In this document: piece by piece, positions 25,623 to 39,357 of the stretch
Layout: each line of letters begins with the position of its first letter
Position numbering within the stretch: position 1 is the first letter of the stretch
NCBI GenBank assembly: GCA_017499595.2
Contig: CM039003.1
Coordinates: 434,001-498,000 of the forward strand
Direction: 5' to 3'
From: Psilocybe cubensis
Taxonomy: Eukaryota
Length of the DNA: 64,000 bases
Notes under the pieces: model-generated
What the model saw: only the letters and a program-made list of their open reading frames with translations
Told to the model about the DNA's origin: nothing
Databases searched by the model: none
Position numbers and translations under genes: made by a program

Positions 25623-27442
25623 CTATACGCGAGCAAGAATATTTTTTTGGATAGAAAGTTTCGACCCCAGGATGAAGGCAGAACCTACTATCACTGTTGT
25701 CCCGGAGAACGCGATCATGGTATCGAAGGATCCGTGACTACGAGAAAGCAATGCCCCAGCCGCTGGGCCTCCGAGCAAAGACCTACAAAAACTGAAGCAT
25801 CAGCATGGTCCATCCTGGAGTTGATACAGAACTTTTGGATGGGATGATTGCGGGCAAAGATAGTAGCTGAGACCGATGGCTATAAATAGAAACAGCTTTC
25901 TGCGCTCTTTTAATTGTGAAATGGCAGATGGAGCGCGTGTAATAGTAAACAGCGCCCATTGGCATGGTATGGATGTATGGCTCTGCCCAGAGAAATGGAA
26001 AAATGAAGTGATAAAATCTGACTCACGGGAACGAGATGATGGTGTAGAGCATACCAATCCTTATACCAATCACCCTGATATCTGATATTTGGGCGACGCA
26101 TGGGGTAACGAGGGAGATGAAAGCACCAGAAAAGAATCCATAGGCTGCTGAGAAAAGCATGATTGACACAAGAGATTTTGCGAAGAGCCAAAAAGCGACG
26201 CAAGAAAGACCGGAAAGAAAGGCGGAAGGTGTGAGGAGGTTAAACCTGCCAATGCTGTCTGACAGCACAGCAGGCGCAATCCGCCCTAGGACACCGCCTG
26301 CGTTCATGACAGCCAGGGCATAGAACGACATGTGGTCCGGTATTGATTGATGTTTGGCGTAGTCGACGATGTAGAAAAAAGGTATAAACATCCCTGGGTG
26401 GCATATTAAGATTCCATGGACAATGATTGTACAACTTGAGATACATACCTAGAGCTACGAAGCAGCTACCGGCAGATAATAGAATAAAACTAGCATCAGA
26501 CAGGACTTTGATGTCGAACCATGGACCAGGCTTCCGCTGCGCGGAGAAACTGGAGACCATCAAAGTTGCGGCAACACATCCAGCACCGCTGGCTAGTCCT
26601 GAAATGCGAGCTCCCCAGCCAAACCCGACGCTTTCAAATAATCGTTGTAGTATAATAGGGTACACAACACCGCCTTGTAGAATATTAGCAGTGATGGAAA
26701 GGTGATAGATCTCGGTTCATACCGACGCTTGATCCAGCAATAGCAATGCCAATGGCCGTTGCACGGTACTTGAGAAAATGTGTTGATATACTTGCCAGAG
26801 AGGGGTAAAATCTGTGGAGAAAGATTATAATAGTTAATGTTAACGGTATGGAGAAATAAAGCTACACGCACACTAGGCCTACACCCAGACCCAGGAGGAT
26901 ACCTTGACTCAGAATATACTGATAATATTGCACGCAGAAGCTCAGAGACACCATGCCTAAAGTATAACAAAGTGTTCCCGCAACCATGAGCCAAGTCGGT
27001 CCATAAGCATCGAACAGTCGACCTATCGGCGCACCCTATCACGGCATGAATTTCAAATCAATAAGGATATTCGAAACTAAGGCGTGCATCGTACCGAGAA
27101 GAAGAAAACCCATAGCTGCAACGAGCCGATCCAGGAGATTGTCGAAGCAGGCAGGTGTTGCAGCTGGTGTGCGGCATACCACGCTTGGAAGGTGCCAAAG
27201 GCGTTCATCTGCCCAAACGTGCAAAGCAACGCGAGGAACGCCCCTAGAACAGTTATGTTTGCTTTGAGGCCCCCTTCAGTATACGCGTGCAGACTCGGTT
27301 GTGAGGCATGAGGGTGATTTTCGGAGGATACTTCAAGAACGAGAGTGGGCACAACACTTGGATGAAGCCCAAGAGTTGACTCCTCATCGAGCGATATACA
27401 TATCGTCGCTGGGGTGCCTTGGTCCTTTTCTTCAGCCAACAT
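25623..27442 (-). CDS. MFS monocarboxylate permease (Mch-like)
   Basis: EGG..A...VLGAFL...CTFG.MNAFGTFQ.WY, ISWIGSLQ, GRI.P..LSD.IGRFN, R.GM; multiple hydrophobic segments. Confidence 0.88.
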
Positions 27443-29025
27443 AGGGGGATAGTACGTGCACTGGGCCTGGAGATTGTGTGTGTGCTGGGCCTGGGGCCAG
27501 CGCAGGGAGGAAGAGAAGTAAGAGAAAATGGGCAAGCTCTGCTAATTGCTTTATGAGTACTTTCATGACGTCTATAAATCGAGTCACTGTCATTCCGATG
27601 AACACAGTTCAGATCTACCGCGCTATATATATTAAGTAGTTGACAGCTAAACCCACGTCTTCGGGCGGAAGGCGGTATCCCAGAAAGGTCGACGGCGAAC
27701 AACCAGCACAAAACAGTGATCTTGCTCCGAAATCAAGTATACAGAAAGGATACATTGAGGGATGTGACGTTTCGTCGCCTGGTGTTCTTGCATTCAGGAT
27801 GACCAACTTTGCATCGAAAATGAAAGTAATACCGAGCTCGAAGGAAGCCATTCCGCATTGGAATATATCACCGCCGCCCGGACACTGCGGCAAGAATTGA
27901 TGTCCGCCTTGTAGAAGGGGGGCCTATATGTGTATACGTCAGGTCCTAAACAATGAATTCTCGAGTGAGAAAGGCGCAAAAGAAAACGCCATACCACTAC
28001 TGGTTCAACTCTCGATATTTTTGTCCACGCCGTTAGCTCGGTGCGTTGGGCGGGTTGTCAATAGGAGTGCACCGCTTTCCTAGGTCTGCTTTGTGTCCTC
28101 CGTTATATGACAACGTGATATTGGTGTGATCATTTGTGTTCTGACAAAAATATGTCAACCTGCTCCCCCGGTTAAAATAGCAAACCCATTGACTGGTCTC
28201 TGCATGATGGTACAGTCCGTGTCTTTTTTACATTGCAAAAATTAAGGACAGGGCATTGATGTGGTGAGAAAGCAGGTTTAGTTTAGAATCAACTGCCACA
28301 TACGCAAGTTTCCCAAGTTTGCCCTCGGAATAATTTGGTTTTGTAGCATCGTCATACGACTGACGCTTAGTATTTTACGACGCTTTCCCGTGCCAACAGT
28401 TTCTGCGTTTCACTCATCTCGGACGCGATGCCTATGTGATACGGACTGCCAAAATATTTGATTATAGAGAGATGAACCCCCAGTTTAGACAGACAATGCA
28501 TGGGAAATTTGACCCAGACGAGGTTTGAGAGCCTCGTGGGATCTGTCGCTGACTATCATGATCAATTTGAGATCAATGATAATTCGCATCCAATCTTTTG
28601 TTTGGTTTGTCAACTCACTAAATATGTCAACGTATTTTGTTTCAAATCGACGTGTTGCCTCCATGATAAAATTGTAGGATACACCTTCTGTAGGAACAAT
28701 GGAAGGAAAATTGATCAATCCGATGGTTCTGAATTCTGCGCAGCTCGGCAAAACGACGAGGATACTAGGATTCGGATGAGTGACGGAAAGGACATTGTGA
28801 GCGGAATAGAGGATGCTGCAAAAATAGGGCGATGACCTAGGCTCCTAGAAGGCAGGTAGGAACAAAATAGTTTAAAGTTCCTTTGATCAAGACCAATAGA
28901 TTTAAGCCCCTTGATTCTGGATAAAAGAAGGCGGGAAAAGAATGGGGGAGACCTTCTCCAGAATCGTTAGCGTGCAGGATGCTGTAAGTTGATGGCCCTC
29001 TGCGGCGAGAGGATAATATGTGTTG

Positions 29026-29851
29026 TTAGTCGTTCTCGAGTTTGTCCCCGACATCGCCTGTTTGCCTCCGATCGGCTTTTAGCTGGCGATAGCGCATGAT
29101 AGCTTTTTGTCTCTCCGCCTCCATCATCACTTTTTGAGACATTGACAAGACACCGTCTCGTTTTCCAATAGATTTCGTCGCCCCACGAGGTAGCTTCTTG
29201 AGTTCCGGTGGTGCTTGCGCAATATCGTTCAATCTTCTGGGGGCAGAAGACGACGCCGATTGGAATTCTTTTTGACGACCAACGAATTTATCCTCCTGCA
29301 GTGGTGGGGAATGGACACGAGGCTTCTTAACCTCCTCTTCCACTGGTTTTGATTTTCCGTTTCCCTTTTTCTGTAACCGAGCCTCGCGTTCAGCCTTCGA
29401 TACATTACGAGACACCGCAAGCGAAGTTTGCATGGCGGATTTTACCAGAGGACGTAGATCGTCTTCCACACGTCTACAAACCAAGTTATATGTACCCAAT
29501 AGGAAGAATTAGGTGGAGCTTACCTATTGAAATGCTGCATCGATTCTCCAGGCTGTATCCGTAACGAGGTTTTCTGTTTTCCAGTGGAAAGTTTCTGCTT
29601 CTTCCCTCCTCGTTCTTCACTATCCTCGGCCTTTCTTTTCTTCGATTTGTATTCATCTCGGATAGCCTGAGCATTGAAAACTCGCAATGCAGATTTAGGT
29701 ATGTCTTCGTCCCGCAATGATTCTTTCCCTGGAGCCAAATCTTCGCCTCTGAAAAGACATGTAAATAGTTTCAATGACTTGTTATGTGCAGCACGCACCT
29801 TTCAGCACGAAGTTTCTCCCGAACTGTCCTTTTTGCCTTTTTGTGGGGCAT
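29026..29851 (-). CDS. Conserved basic, Lys/Arg-rich protein (CCDC137-like)
   Basis: MPHKKAKR, DIPKS..R, LRIQPGESM..FNRRV, LNDIAQAPP.L, ERQKAI.RYR.LK motifs; two introns. Confidence 0.7.
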
Positions 29852-30317
29852 TCTATGCAGATGTAAGGGTGAACAATTTCGAAGTCGAGCCTCGAATTGG
29901 GGTTTTGTTACACTGACAGCAATCAACCGTCGATTGCCTGAAACGTATCACGTGTGCTCCATGCGTGAGAAATCTGTTAAACCTTAATGACCGTCGGCAA
30001 CTCGGCTTTGGTATTACGGTGTCCTTGGAACGCTTTTAACGAACTGCAGGTCAAGCACCCAGTCCGCGGCGTCAGTAGGTTGAAGTTCATTTTGTGCTCA
30101 CGCGAAATTTTTTGATACTGACAACTAGTGGCTACCGGTGGTCGTTACGCTATGCCTGTTTTTCGCGAAATTTGTCTGACGTAGCGTCACCCACAAGTCA
30201 TGGAAAGTGAAATTATTTGCAAAACATCGGCCAAACATCGGCCAAAACTATAAGAAATAGGAAATTCTTGTACAGTCCTCATAAAAATAGTCTAACTCAG
30301 CTAGTTAAAATCGTCAA

Positions 30318-31835
30318 TTATCCTACATTCGTGCAATTTTTCACGCTAGTTGCCTCTGGAAGTTTGTTTTCTTCAGTCTCCGAGGTAGGCTCCGCGGTTG
30401 CAAAGCTGATACGTGATGGAGTATGGTCGTTACTTTCGGATTCCATGGAGCGTCTGTCATCATTAGCAGTCACCACAATTGTCTCCAATCGAACTTCAGT
30501 AGCAGTTGGCATTGCCCTAGTGGACTTCATTTCCATATTGAGCCGTGTGCTTCGTACTTGATCCATACTCTTTCCAAGCTGCACTTGAACGATCATTAGT
30601 GTGGGCATTATTGCCTATGGTCATTTTCAGTATATCACGTCCTTTGCGTTTAATAACTTCGGGAAGTTATACTTACCACTACACGGATTGTGATACACGA
30701 GAACAGGAGCTGTAAGTTTTAGTTGAGAAAAAATTTTAATACCGGATTGAATTAAATATGAATATTTTACTGTACTAACCCGAAGATTGGGATGACGAAA
30801 CGTAAGTATCAAAGTTAAAAGGCAGCATGAATAAATCAACCCTGACTCCACGCTGTGTACGATATAAGTGATCAGATGGACAGAATAAACTTTTCACAAA
30901 ATCTGCTTACAGGATTGCGATGGCGATGTTATACCTCCGTGAGTTCAGTCTTCCTACAGTGGGCCAAGACACATGGGCTATCCAATATATTCTACCGGCT
31001 TTGTTGCAGTGTCAGCAAACTAAAGTCGATCCGACGACTAGAGAGATCAATACCTGTCGCTGCAGTCATTATGATATTAGTCGCAAACACCGTCCAATAG
31101 TATACAGGTGCAAATCTGGCCTGCAGACTAAATATTGGAGATCCTGCCCCTATCCATCCCCATACTTCACCAGAAAGGTCAATTTTTCAAACGATCAAGA
31201 TAATTTATAGAGCTTACCTGTATCGGCTATTAGAAGGATACTTGTACTCAAGGCTATATAGGTGTTCTGATTCCAGATCATGTAGCAGCGGTATAGCTTT
31301 ATTCAATGAATATGTTTTAGTATATGTCCGCCACTTCTTAGTTAAAGCAAGATATTACCAGAAGCATGTCTGCTATAAAGCTATAGCCCATCAGCTACCT
31401 GTATTTCTTATAGCATATAGTAAAAAGGCACGAACTTGTTGGAAACGAATATTGGACTCTTAGGATAGACGTGTGCAATTAACGTCTCCGTTCTTCCTTG
31501 AAACAGAAGACGGAAATCCGACACCATCACTCGGAAAGAGAACGCCATATCCGCTGTTGATAGACCGAACATGCAGCAAATTGCTAATAAAAACACCTTC
31601 TGTTTCGATGGCTGGTTTCTCATAATACAAAACACGCAGATAGAGAAGAGGACCGCATGAACTCCTAAATATCGAAAATGAGGTTTAAATGCATATTTTT
31701 TGCGAGGATTTGTGGTACGTTACCATATAGCATTATCTCCACCTACAAGACCCGACAGTGATGGCAAGTTAAAATTTCAAAACAATGACATAGGGCATTA
31801 TTACGCACCATCGATGCAATGTTTAGAGCAGACAT
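30318..31835 (-). CDS. Agaricomycete multi-pass membrane protein of unknown function
   Basis: MFGLSTAD, AGRIYWI, ESGLIYS, IMPTLMIVQVQLG motifs typical of the expanded basidiomycete ~7TM hypothetical family; many short introns, exon model not fully resolved. Confidence 0.7.
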
Positions 31836-33077
31836 ATTAGAGAGGACAAAGGGCAAGGTATCGTTCGTAGACCCGCCACTTGCTCCATATCCAAACAGGT
31901 CTCTCTCTACATGAGTGTACATGGGAAGCCTGAACGGGGGGAATCTTGGGGACAGTCAGAAGTACAATAGTTTAAACCGGATACCGCGACTGCTTCAAGT
32001 TTATTTTGAAGGCTGTTCCTTCTATACCGATTCCAAATCTTACATGACACGGAGCGATCTCGAATATATTACCGGCTTCCATGAACTCTCAGTGTGTTAG
32101 TATGGATAAGTATAGTTTTAACAGCCTTATCGTTTGATGGCTTTCTCCGATACGACTCGGCGCCTACAAACGTGGGAGGAGCTTGCCGAAAATAAGTAGT
32201 CTGGAGGCACTACGGGCTTCACCGGTTTCGTTTTCAGCCTAGGTCGATATGTCAATAATCTCATGACTCCAGGTTAGATACAGCACAACCGTTGCAGACC
32301 CGGTGGCAATTAATTGCAATATATTTCTTTTGAATTTTAATATTCTGTTAATGACTGTAGGCAACTAGAAGGTTGCCCACGTGTTCGTGCACACACGCTC
32401 TGTCTTCTAATGACAGAAATCGTAGAGCTTCTACAGGATATCAAGGAGTGTATGACATGCTGACATTCTATCCAGTTTCCATCATCTCAACGAAGAGCAT
32501 TGAAGGGAGGCATCAAGGAGTCTATGTCAATCCTGGTTTCTTCCATCCCAGCTCCATCATATCCCGCAAAGATAAGACTAAAAATAAACAACAGCTTGGC
32601 AACCAAAAATAGAACAATCAAAGTTTTTAGCCAAGACTGGCTCCGACATGAAAGGAATTGAAGGAAACGCTGTTCTGTTAGCTTGGTTTCATGTATTTCT
32701 CCACCTAGTCTACTCCTACTGGTACTGGATTTTTTGACGAGATTTCAATCGAACAAGGCAATTTCATGTTGGTCATCATTAGAGAATGAGATGTTCCAAA
32801 CCCACAGCTTTCAGTAGACTCGGGAGAACCACGAAGATTATCCATAAATGTCATAGCTTCCTCAACATCTTGAATGAAAGGAGCCTTTATCCCAGGCTAA
32901 TCTCAGAATAGCTGAGGTATGAACGTTACCCAAGGTGACTGGAATCCGTTTCAGAGTTATCATTCTTCTATATGATCACGATGCCACTGACACCTCGCTG
33001 AATTATAATCGTGGAGTTATTCTCACCTCCTAGAGGACGCTCTTATCTCGTTCTTTCATTATCTGGCTCGTTGAAGA

Positions 33078-36055
33078 ATGTCAGAACCTATACTACCTTC
33101 AGGAGCAGGTTACGGAGTTGGTGAGCGTTGCTGGTTACACTTGAAAATGTCTGTGTCTCATCGATAGCTGACTCTCTTTGATAACTCAGTGATTGGTGAG
33201 TATAATTCCGAGGGATTTCTACCGCTGGATTTCTAACTTCTCTTAGGGATCGGCCTTCTCTTCAGTCTGTTGATGATATGTGTTACGGGGATACAAGCCA
33301 GATACACCACATACTCGCCAAAGGACTCTGAAGAGTTCACAAGTGCATCTCGCAGCGTTAAGCCGGGACTCATCGCAACGGGAATTGTATCTGCATGGAC
33401 CTGGGCGGCTACACTGGTTAGTCCATCGCCCATTGTTTTCGAACGAGAACTCATGCGTGATGGTATCTTAAGTTGCAGAGCTGCTCCGTTGCCTATCAGT
33501 ATGGTGAGCCTCGCCTCAACTTCCAATAAGGAATATTATGTAGATCATCTTCATTTCCACTCAGGTATAAGTGGACCATGGTGGTATGGAGGTAAGTTCT
33601 CCTGCCTTGATTTCAACGAAATGATGCATCTTCCCTCACATTGCTCTCAGCGGGTGCTACGGTCCAAATTCTTCTGTTTGCTATGGCAAGTTCGTGAACG
33701 ACTAAGAGAAAATATGGTTTTAACTTTGGTCACAGCTGGCCGCCAAACTGAAAATGAACGCTCCCTACGCTCATACATGGCTCGAAATTGTGGCGGCACG
33801 TTGGGGAAAGACGGCTCACATTGTCTTCATGTTTCTTGGGTAGGATATCCTCTGGATGAAGAAATGCTTGCAGACTAAATGATAGTGCGGATATTCAGGT
33901 TCTCTACGAACCTCATCGTCAGCTCCATGTTGATTCTTGGAGGTTCTGCCACTGTAAATGATCTCACTGGAATGAACACCATAGCCGTGAGTACAGACAC
34001 GGGCGAGAATTCCTGATTATATCAACTCACACAATCATAGGCATGCTTTCTGATTCCACTGGGAGTCGCACTATATGTAAGGATTGGAGGCATGCGATCG
34101 ACACTGCTTTGTGACTAGTGCGCTTGTTCTGCTGTGTCGCCTAGATCATTTTCTCACGCACTGACCCAACAGCACACATACAACCATTCTTTTTGCTATT
34201 ACACTGGTAAAAGTTTCGCCTATTACTCTATAGTTGGAACTTAATATGTTAAGCTCAGACCTTCATATTCACTGTATATGCTGTGAGCGACAAGATTGGT
34301 AGCCCTACACAGATGCACGACCTGCTGGCTGCTGTGTCGCTGCAAGACCCGGTACCTGGAAACGCCCATGGATCTTATTTGACCATGCGTTCAAAGAATG
34401 GCTTGATATTCGGGGTAATAAACCTTGTCGGAAACTTTTCAACAGTATTTCAAGACCAAGCCTATTGGCAAAGAGCTATAGCCAGCAGACCCGCCAGCAC
34501 AGTGAAGGCTTATTTACTCGGTGGCCTCGCATGGTAGTTATCCATCTCACGCCGATTGAGACTTGGAACTGATACGTGCTAGGTTCTCCATTCCATTCAC
34601 GTTTGCTACGACTCTCGGACTGGCGGCTGTTGCCTTGAAAGGGAGCCCCGGTATGAGAATTCTTACTCCAAGTGACGTATCAGCTGGCCTTCCGGCGTCT
34701 GCAGCTGCAACGGCCCTTCTTGGAAAGGCAGGAGCCGCATGTCTTTTACTAGTTTTGTTTTTGGCAGTTACAAGTGCATGTTCAGCGGAACTCATAGCGG
34801 TGTCGTCGTTGCTAACATACGACGTATACAAGGTAACGTTGTCTACTCGTATGACTTTAAAACCTCCAGAAACCAAGTTCTTCACTTAGACGTACATAAA
34901 TCCCAAAGCTACAGATGCCCAGATTCTGAAAGTGGGTCATGCTATGGTTCTAATTTACGCTCTCGGGTGCGGCGTGGCTGGACTTGTGTTCTTCTATATA
35001 GGCGTGTCAATGGGATGGTTATATGTACGTCCACGAACCATCATGTATTGCTTGCAGCTTATTGGTCAAACTGCGTCTCCTTTAGACATTTATGGGAGTG
35101 ATTCTAGGATCCGGCGTCGTCCCAATCGCAATATGCATTACGTGGAGAAAGGCCAATAAGTGGGGCTGCATATCAGGCACGGTCATTGGCTTTGTAGCTG
35201 GTGTAATTGCATGGATTGTCACGACATCCAGATTAAACGGGGGAGTTATCAACGTCACTGTAAGTACCGAGAAACATGTCCGCTGTGCCCGGTCTGATGT
35301 ATTTTTTCAAGACTACCGGTGGTAGCCTCGAGATGTTGGCTGGAAATTTAGCCTCAATTTTGACAGGTGGAATCATATCCGTTACAGCGTCAATTATGGT
35401 CAGTAATTCTATTTTATACCTGGTCAATGATGCGACTGAACTCCTCCGATAGTGGCCGGAGAATTTTGATTGGGTTGCAACTCGAGCGATTAACCAACCT
35501 CGCCCCATCTCGGTCGAGATGGATTCAATGAGAAGTGCTACTTCGGACATGGCAAAAATGCGCCCTGCAAGCTCCATTGAAACCGACGTCCAAAGTATAT
35601 CAGGAGATTCATTTAATGATCAGATAGAAAAAATGGAGCTTGATCCGGTAAAGCTCAAAAAAGCGTTTCAGTTTGCGTCCTGGTCTTCCTTGTCATTGGT
35701 ATGTCATTGTATCTGTCTACCAAGAGCGTCACCTTGAACAGCGCCCGTTTAGTTTGTAATTTTAATTTTAGTGATACCGCTTCCCCTATTCTTTTCCAGA
35801 GTGGTATTTGGAAAGTCAGGCTTGACTGCCTGGGTCATAATGGGGGTTGCATGGACTATATGCTCAGCCGTTGTTGTTATTTTATACCCATTCTATGAGA
35901 GCCGGGACGCTTTGGAGCAAATTTCGAAGCAAGTATTAAAGGTATGTAGTTCGTCATAGATTAATTTGTGAGCTGACAGTACAAACCAGGATTTGTTTGG
36001 AAAATCCAACAGACATGTAACCCACCTTGCTGATAATCGAGTAGGAGTAGTGTAA
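33078..36055 (+). CDS. DUR3: Urea/polyamine transporter, sodium:solute symporter family
   Basis: GAGYGV, EEFTSASRSVKPGLIATGIVSAWTWAATL, GNFSTVFQDQAYWQRAIASRP, SAELIAVSSLLTYDVYK; includes a 6-nt microexon (33190-33195) and a GC-AG intron at 33686. Confidence 0.93.
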
Positions 36056-37013
36056 TAGGCGATAAAATATTTAGTTATACAACATGGTGGCATATTAAAT
36101 TACTCTGAAAGGCATTGCTTTGCACTAGCGTACGAGATCTGGCTGTAAACAGTCCAAAGCAATCAGAAGGAAGCCTCCCCGACAACTTGCCTAAAACTAA
36201 AATTGTCGGGCGGTAGCGAGCTCGCTGCTGTTATACCCATACGTACGTGGTGGTGGCAGAAAAGAAGAGACATAACCGTCATCTTGCTTCTCTGCATGCA
36301 ACCAATTTGTCCAGCCTTTGAACCACCACTGCCCGAAGACTGTGTACGTGTTGGGTCAATTGCTTGACGTATGTATGATATAAGAGTGACATGGTATATA
36401 TCACAGCTCATTAGTTATTAAAATGAGTTTAATGGCAGTGGTTGGCGAGCCATGCCGAGTCCGGAGTCGAGAACATGGCGGCCAAGGCAGTGTGGGCCGC
36501 CCCCGGCGGCGCTTCCCGATTTTCTAATCTCCGATAAAATTTGAAATTTGAACCCCGACACGCCCCCTATCACGAGTGAGGTTGATTTGCGCTCTCCTTC
36601 TTCGCTCTACTGGGTCAGAGACGAATCGCTTGCTCTCTAATATCACCAGTCATGGTGGAGGAACGTTTTCAGCCTGAGGAACCTCCCTCTGTGGAGCGCG
36701 GACTAGAGCAATCTCGATGAACTCGGGTTCTCTCAATAATAGCTTAGCTTCGTGTGAGTCCATTGCCTATGTTCATGTAGCTCTACTGACATATTTTAGA
36801 AGTATGGTTTTTTTTTGCAAGCAGTGTGCCCAAAATACGCATATATTTGTCTGGTTATTCGTGTTATTCGTAAGGATTTGTATACCATGTAAATTTTTAT
36901 GACAATCACCTCCAGAGCTACATCGGTGCTCTGTCGCATATACAGCGGTTTTTTTGGCTCTTTTATTTTCGAATTCGTTGTCAAGTGTCCCAACCGCGGC
37001 CAAGAAACGACCC

Positions 37014-37880
37014 TTGGATTTGGAGCAAACCTACAAGGACCTGCACTACTTAGGAAATCTTCTCAAGTAGTTGTCCCGCCAGTGCTTATCTCCCCGTATC
37101 CACAGATTACAGCCAACCCTCTTCCTCCTGCGGAAAAACGCGCATAGATACACGTCGACAACCACCCCTCCAACAACGCTTTATGCTCCGCCTTGCTGGT
37201 GTACATTTCGAGGGCATGAGGCATGAGTGTGTTGGTCAAGGTAGAGACGGCACTGCAGGGTCATCGGACGATGCGGTTGTGTTCTCGGCTCACTGTGACT
37301 CAGTTTCAACTGCCACGGGACGATGGACAATAGCAGGAGTCGTCACGGTCCTATAGCTATTTGAAAACTTTGCGAAGCACCGTGCCAAAAGGACTGCCAT
37401 TGTTCAACTTCAACAATGTAGGGAAAGATGGCTTGCGTGGAGTGCATGCGTGTCTGCAGCATCCATTGACATGTCAATGATCAAAAGAGACTGATACGTT
37501 TCCTGGAAGCTAAGTTTCTCGGAGAGAAATTGCACTTTTAAGCAACTAATTCTCTTGCAGCCGTCCAATTCTCTTCCGGGAAACATCTATGACTCTAGAT
37601 AGCACCTAAACTCATCCCCCACCCACATGCCAACGTGCTCTCCTCAGACGCATTTGAGCAAGGTATAGACGGCCTCGATTTGTCATTCTACAAAGGTAGG
37701 AGCAGGTACCATAACAAATATGATTCGGTACAGGACATGATGGGCGTTATCAAGAGTTTGTGGAGTATGCTGGAGGTTGCTAGAGGTTGTGCAGTTGGCT
37801 TGCTGAATGTGATCTTCGACGATAAGCGTAATCCAGAGTCTGCGAATATTGATGACGGCCCCGTTTATTTCGACAGTAAG
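37014..37880 (+). pseudogene. Decayed M28 vacuolar membrane protease (PFF1-like) fragment
   Basis: Collinear remnants LDLEQTYKDLH, YFEG, VLVKVE, FSAH(C)DSVSTA, FNFNN..(K)DGL.G, GLDLSFYKGRSRYH.KYD, SLWSMLEVARG, PVYFD with frameshifts and stops. Confidence 0.8.
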
Positions 37881-38085
37881 TATCGTGTTTTCTTTGTCGC
37901 TTCGGTCACTCAAAACAGCACTCTCACCGTACATCGCACTCTCAATCCTGTCCATCGAGAACTACATCGAACCCATAGGTTCCTCTGATACCATGTATCG
38001 AATCTCCCGATCAGCCGGCATTGGCTTGTCAGCCCCCACCCCGCAAGAGAGCGTGACAAGGGCCTATCGACTGGGTAGTAAAGCA

Positions 38086-38155
38086 GGTATAATGTACCTT
38101 ACATCCCAATGAAACTTATACCCTGCATTCCCGCAAATAAAGTACCCTACATTCC
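38086..38155 (+). repeat. Left terminal inverted repeat
   Basis: Reverse complement of 53097-53166; 51/70 identical by manual ungapped alignment. Confidence 0.9.
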
Positions 38156-38308
38156 GATGTCTATAATGGGTTATTGGAAGGAAAAATTGTTCTCGGAAGC
38201 GCCATTATCTGGGTTAACGGAAATTTTTTCCACTGGCATCATATCAATTGAGGCATGAGCATCATTCTCACTCATGTGTTGGAGAGCTTTCTGTTAATGT
38301 GCTCATAG

Positions 38309-38790
38309 AAATTGTGGTGTACGCCTCGATTTTCAGTAGAGTGTAAAGGTTTGCGGTTGGATTCACTTTAGGATGCCGAACGAAACTTTGGCCCAAGCAT
38401 CATTTTCATGAACGCGTCAAAGTCTGCGCTAACGATCACTTTGCACGGGTGACACAAATTGTGGCCTGGAGCTTCATTTTGTCCTAACATGTCAATCTCT
38501 CGGTCAAATTTGATTTATTATGCAGATAGAAACTTTGGTGTGAGCATATCAAAATTTGGCCAGAGCATTATTTTCATTCATATGTCAAAGTCTGCGATAA
38601 CACCCATTTTGCAACAAGCGTCACAGAGATTGCAGCTGGAGCATCATTTTTTCTAGTAACACCTCAAATCTTTCGGTGCAACCCCTTTACTATCCACCCT
38701 AAATATTGGTCTGAGCACCATTCATCCTTCAAATACTCAATTTCGCTCTCAGAATCACTTTCAAACATCTTGGTCTAAGCGTCCGTCATA
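38309..38790. repeat. Degenerate ~37-bp periodic subterminal array (left)
   Basis: AAA(T/C)TTGG...CATTTT units recurring at ~37 bp, with a ~168-bp block duplication (38383 vs 38551: GCAT.ATTTTCAT...GTCAAAGTCTGCG.TAAC). Confidence 0.65.
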
Positions 38791-39030
38791 CAGCGGAGGT
38801 GGTATCCACATTCAACTTTAGGGTTACGCACAGACCTCAAATTGTTGAGGACGTCTTTCACTCATTCGGAATCACACATGGTATTATCCATTAACCACAG
38901 AACCAGCGAGCAGTTAGAATCCTGCAGAATGTACAAATGCATATTTAATACACAGTGATTCAAAATGATTCTTTTGGCACCAATTCTTGAGTTGCCATGA
39001 TTTGATGCACGGGGTGACGGGCCACATACG

Positions 39031-39141
39031 GGCCACCTTTTGATTGCCCCGCAAGAAATGGTGCACAGGCCACCTTTTGATTGCCCCGCAAGAAATGGTG
39101 CACAGGCCACCTTTTGATTGCCCCGCGAGAAATGGCGTACC
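39031..39141. repeat. Three tandem 37-bp repeats
   Basis: GGCCACCTTTTGATTGCCCCGCAAGAAATGGTGCACA at 39031, 39068 and 39105 (third copy slightly diverged). Confidence 0.95.
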
Positions 39142-39357
39142 GGCCATATATTAACCATGTTCCAGAACTGAATCCTCTGCGTCAATTTTTATACTAGCAT
39201 AAATATAATGCATGTTGACCAAAATTCGGCAGCCACACATATTTGTTCTCTCCCCGGATATCCTGTCAAAAATACTCTAAACCATGCATTTGACACATCT
39301 GCGGTTTCTGTGGTTGGAGACAAACAATGTTGATTTAAATTTTTAACTACAGGCTAA

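Noticed and set aside
27600-28900. Several short ORFs upstream of the MFS transporter
   Set aside because: No family resemblance; consistent with random ORFs in a long promoter region.
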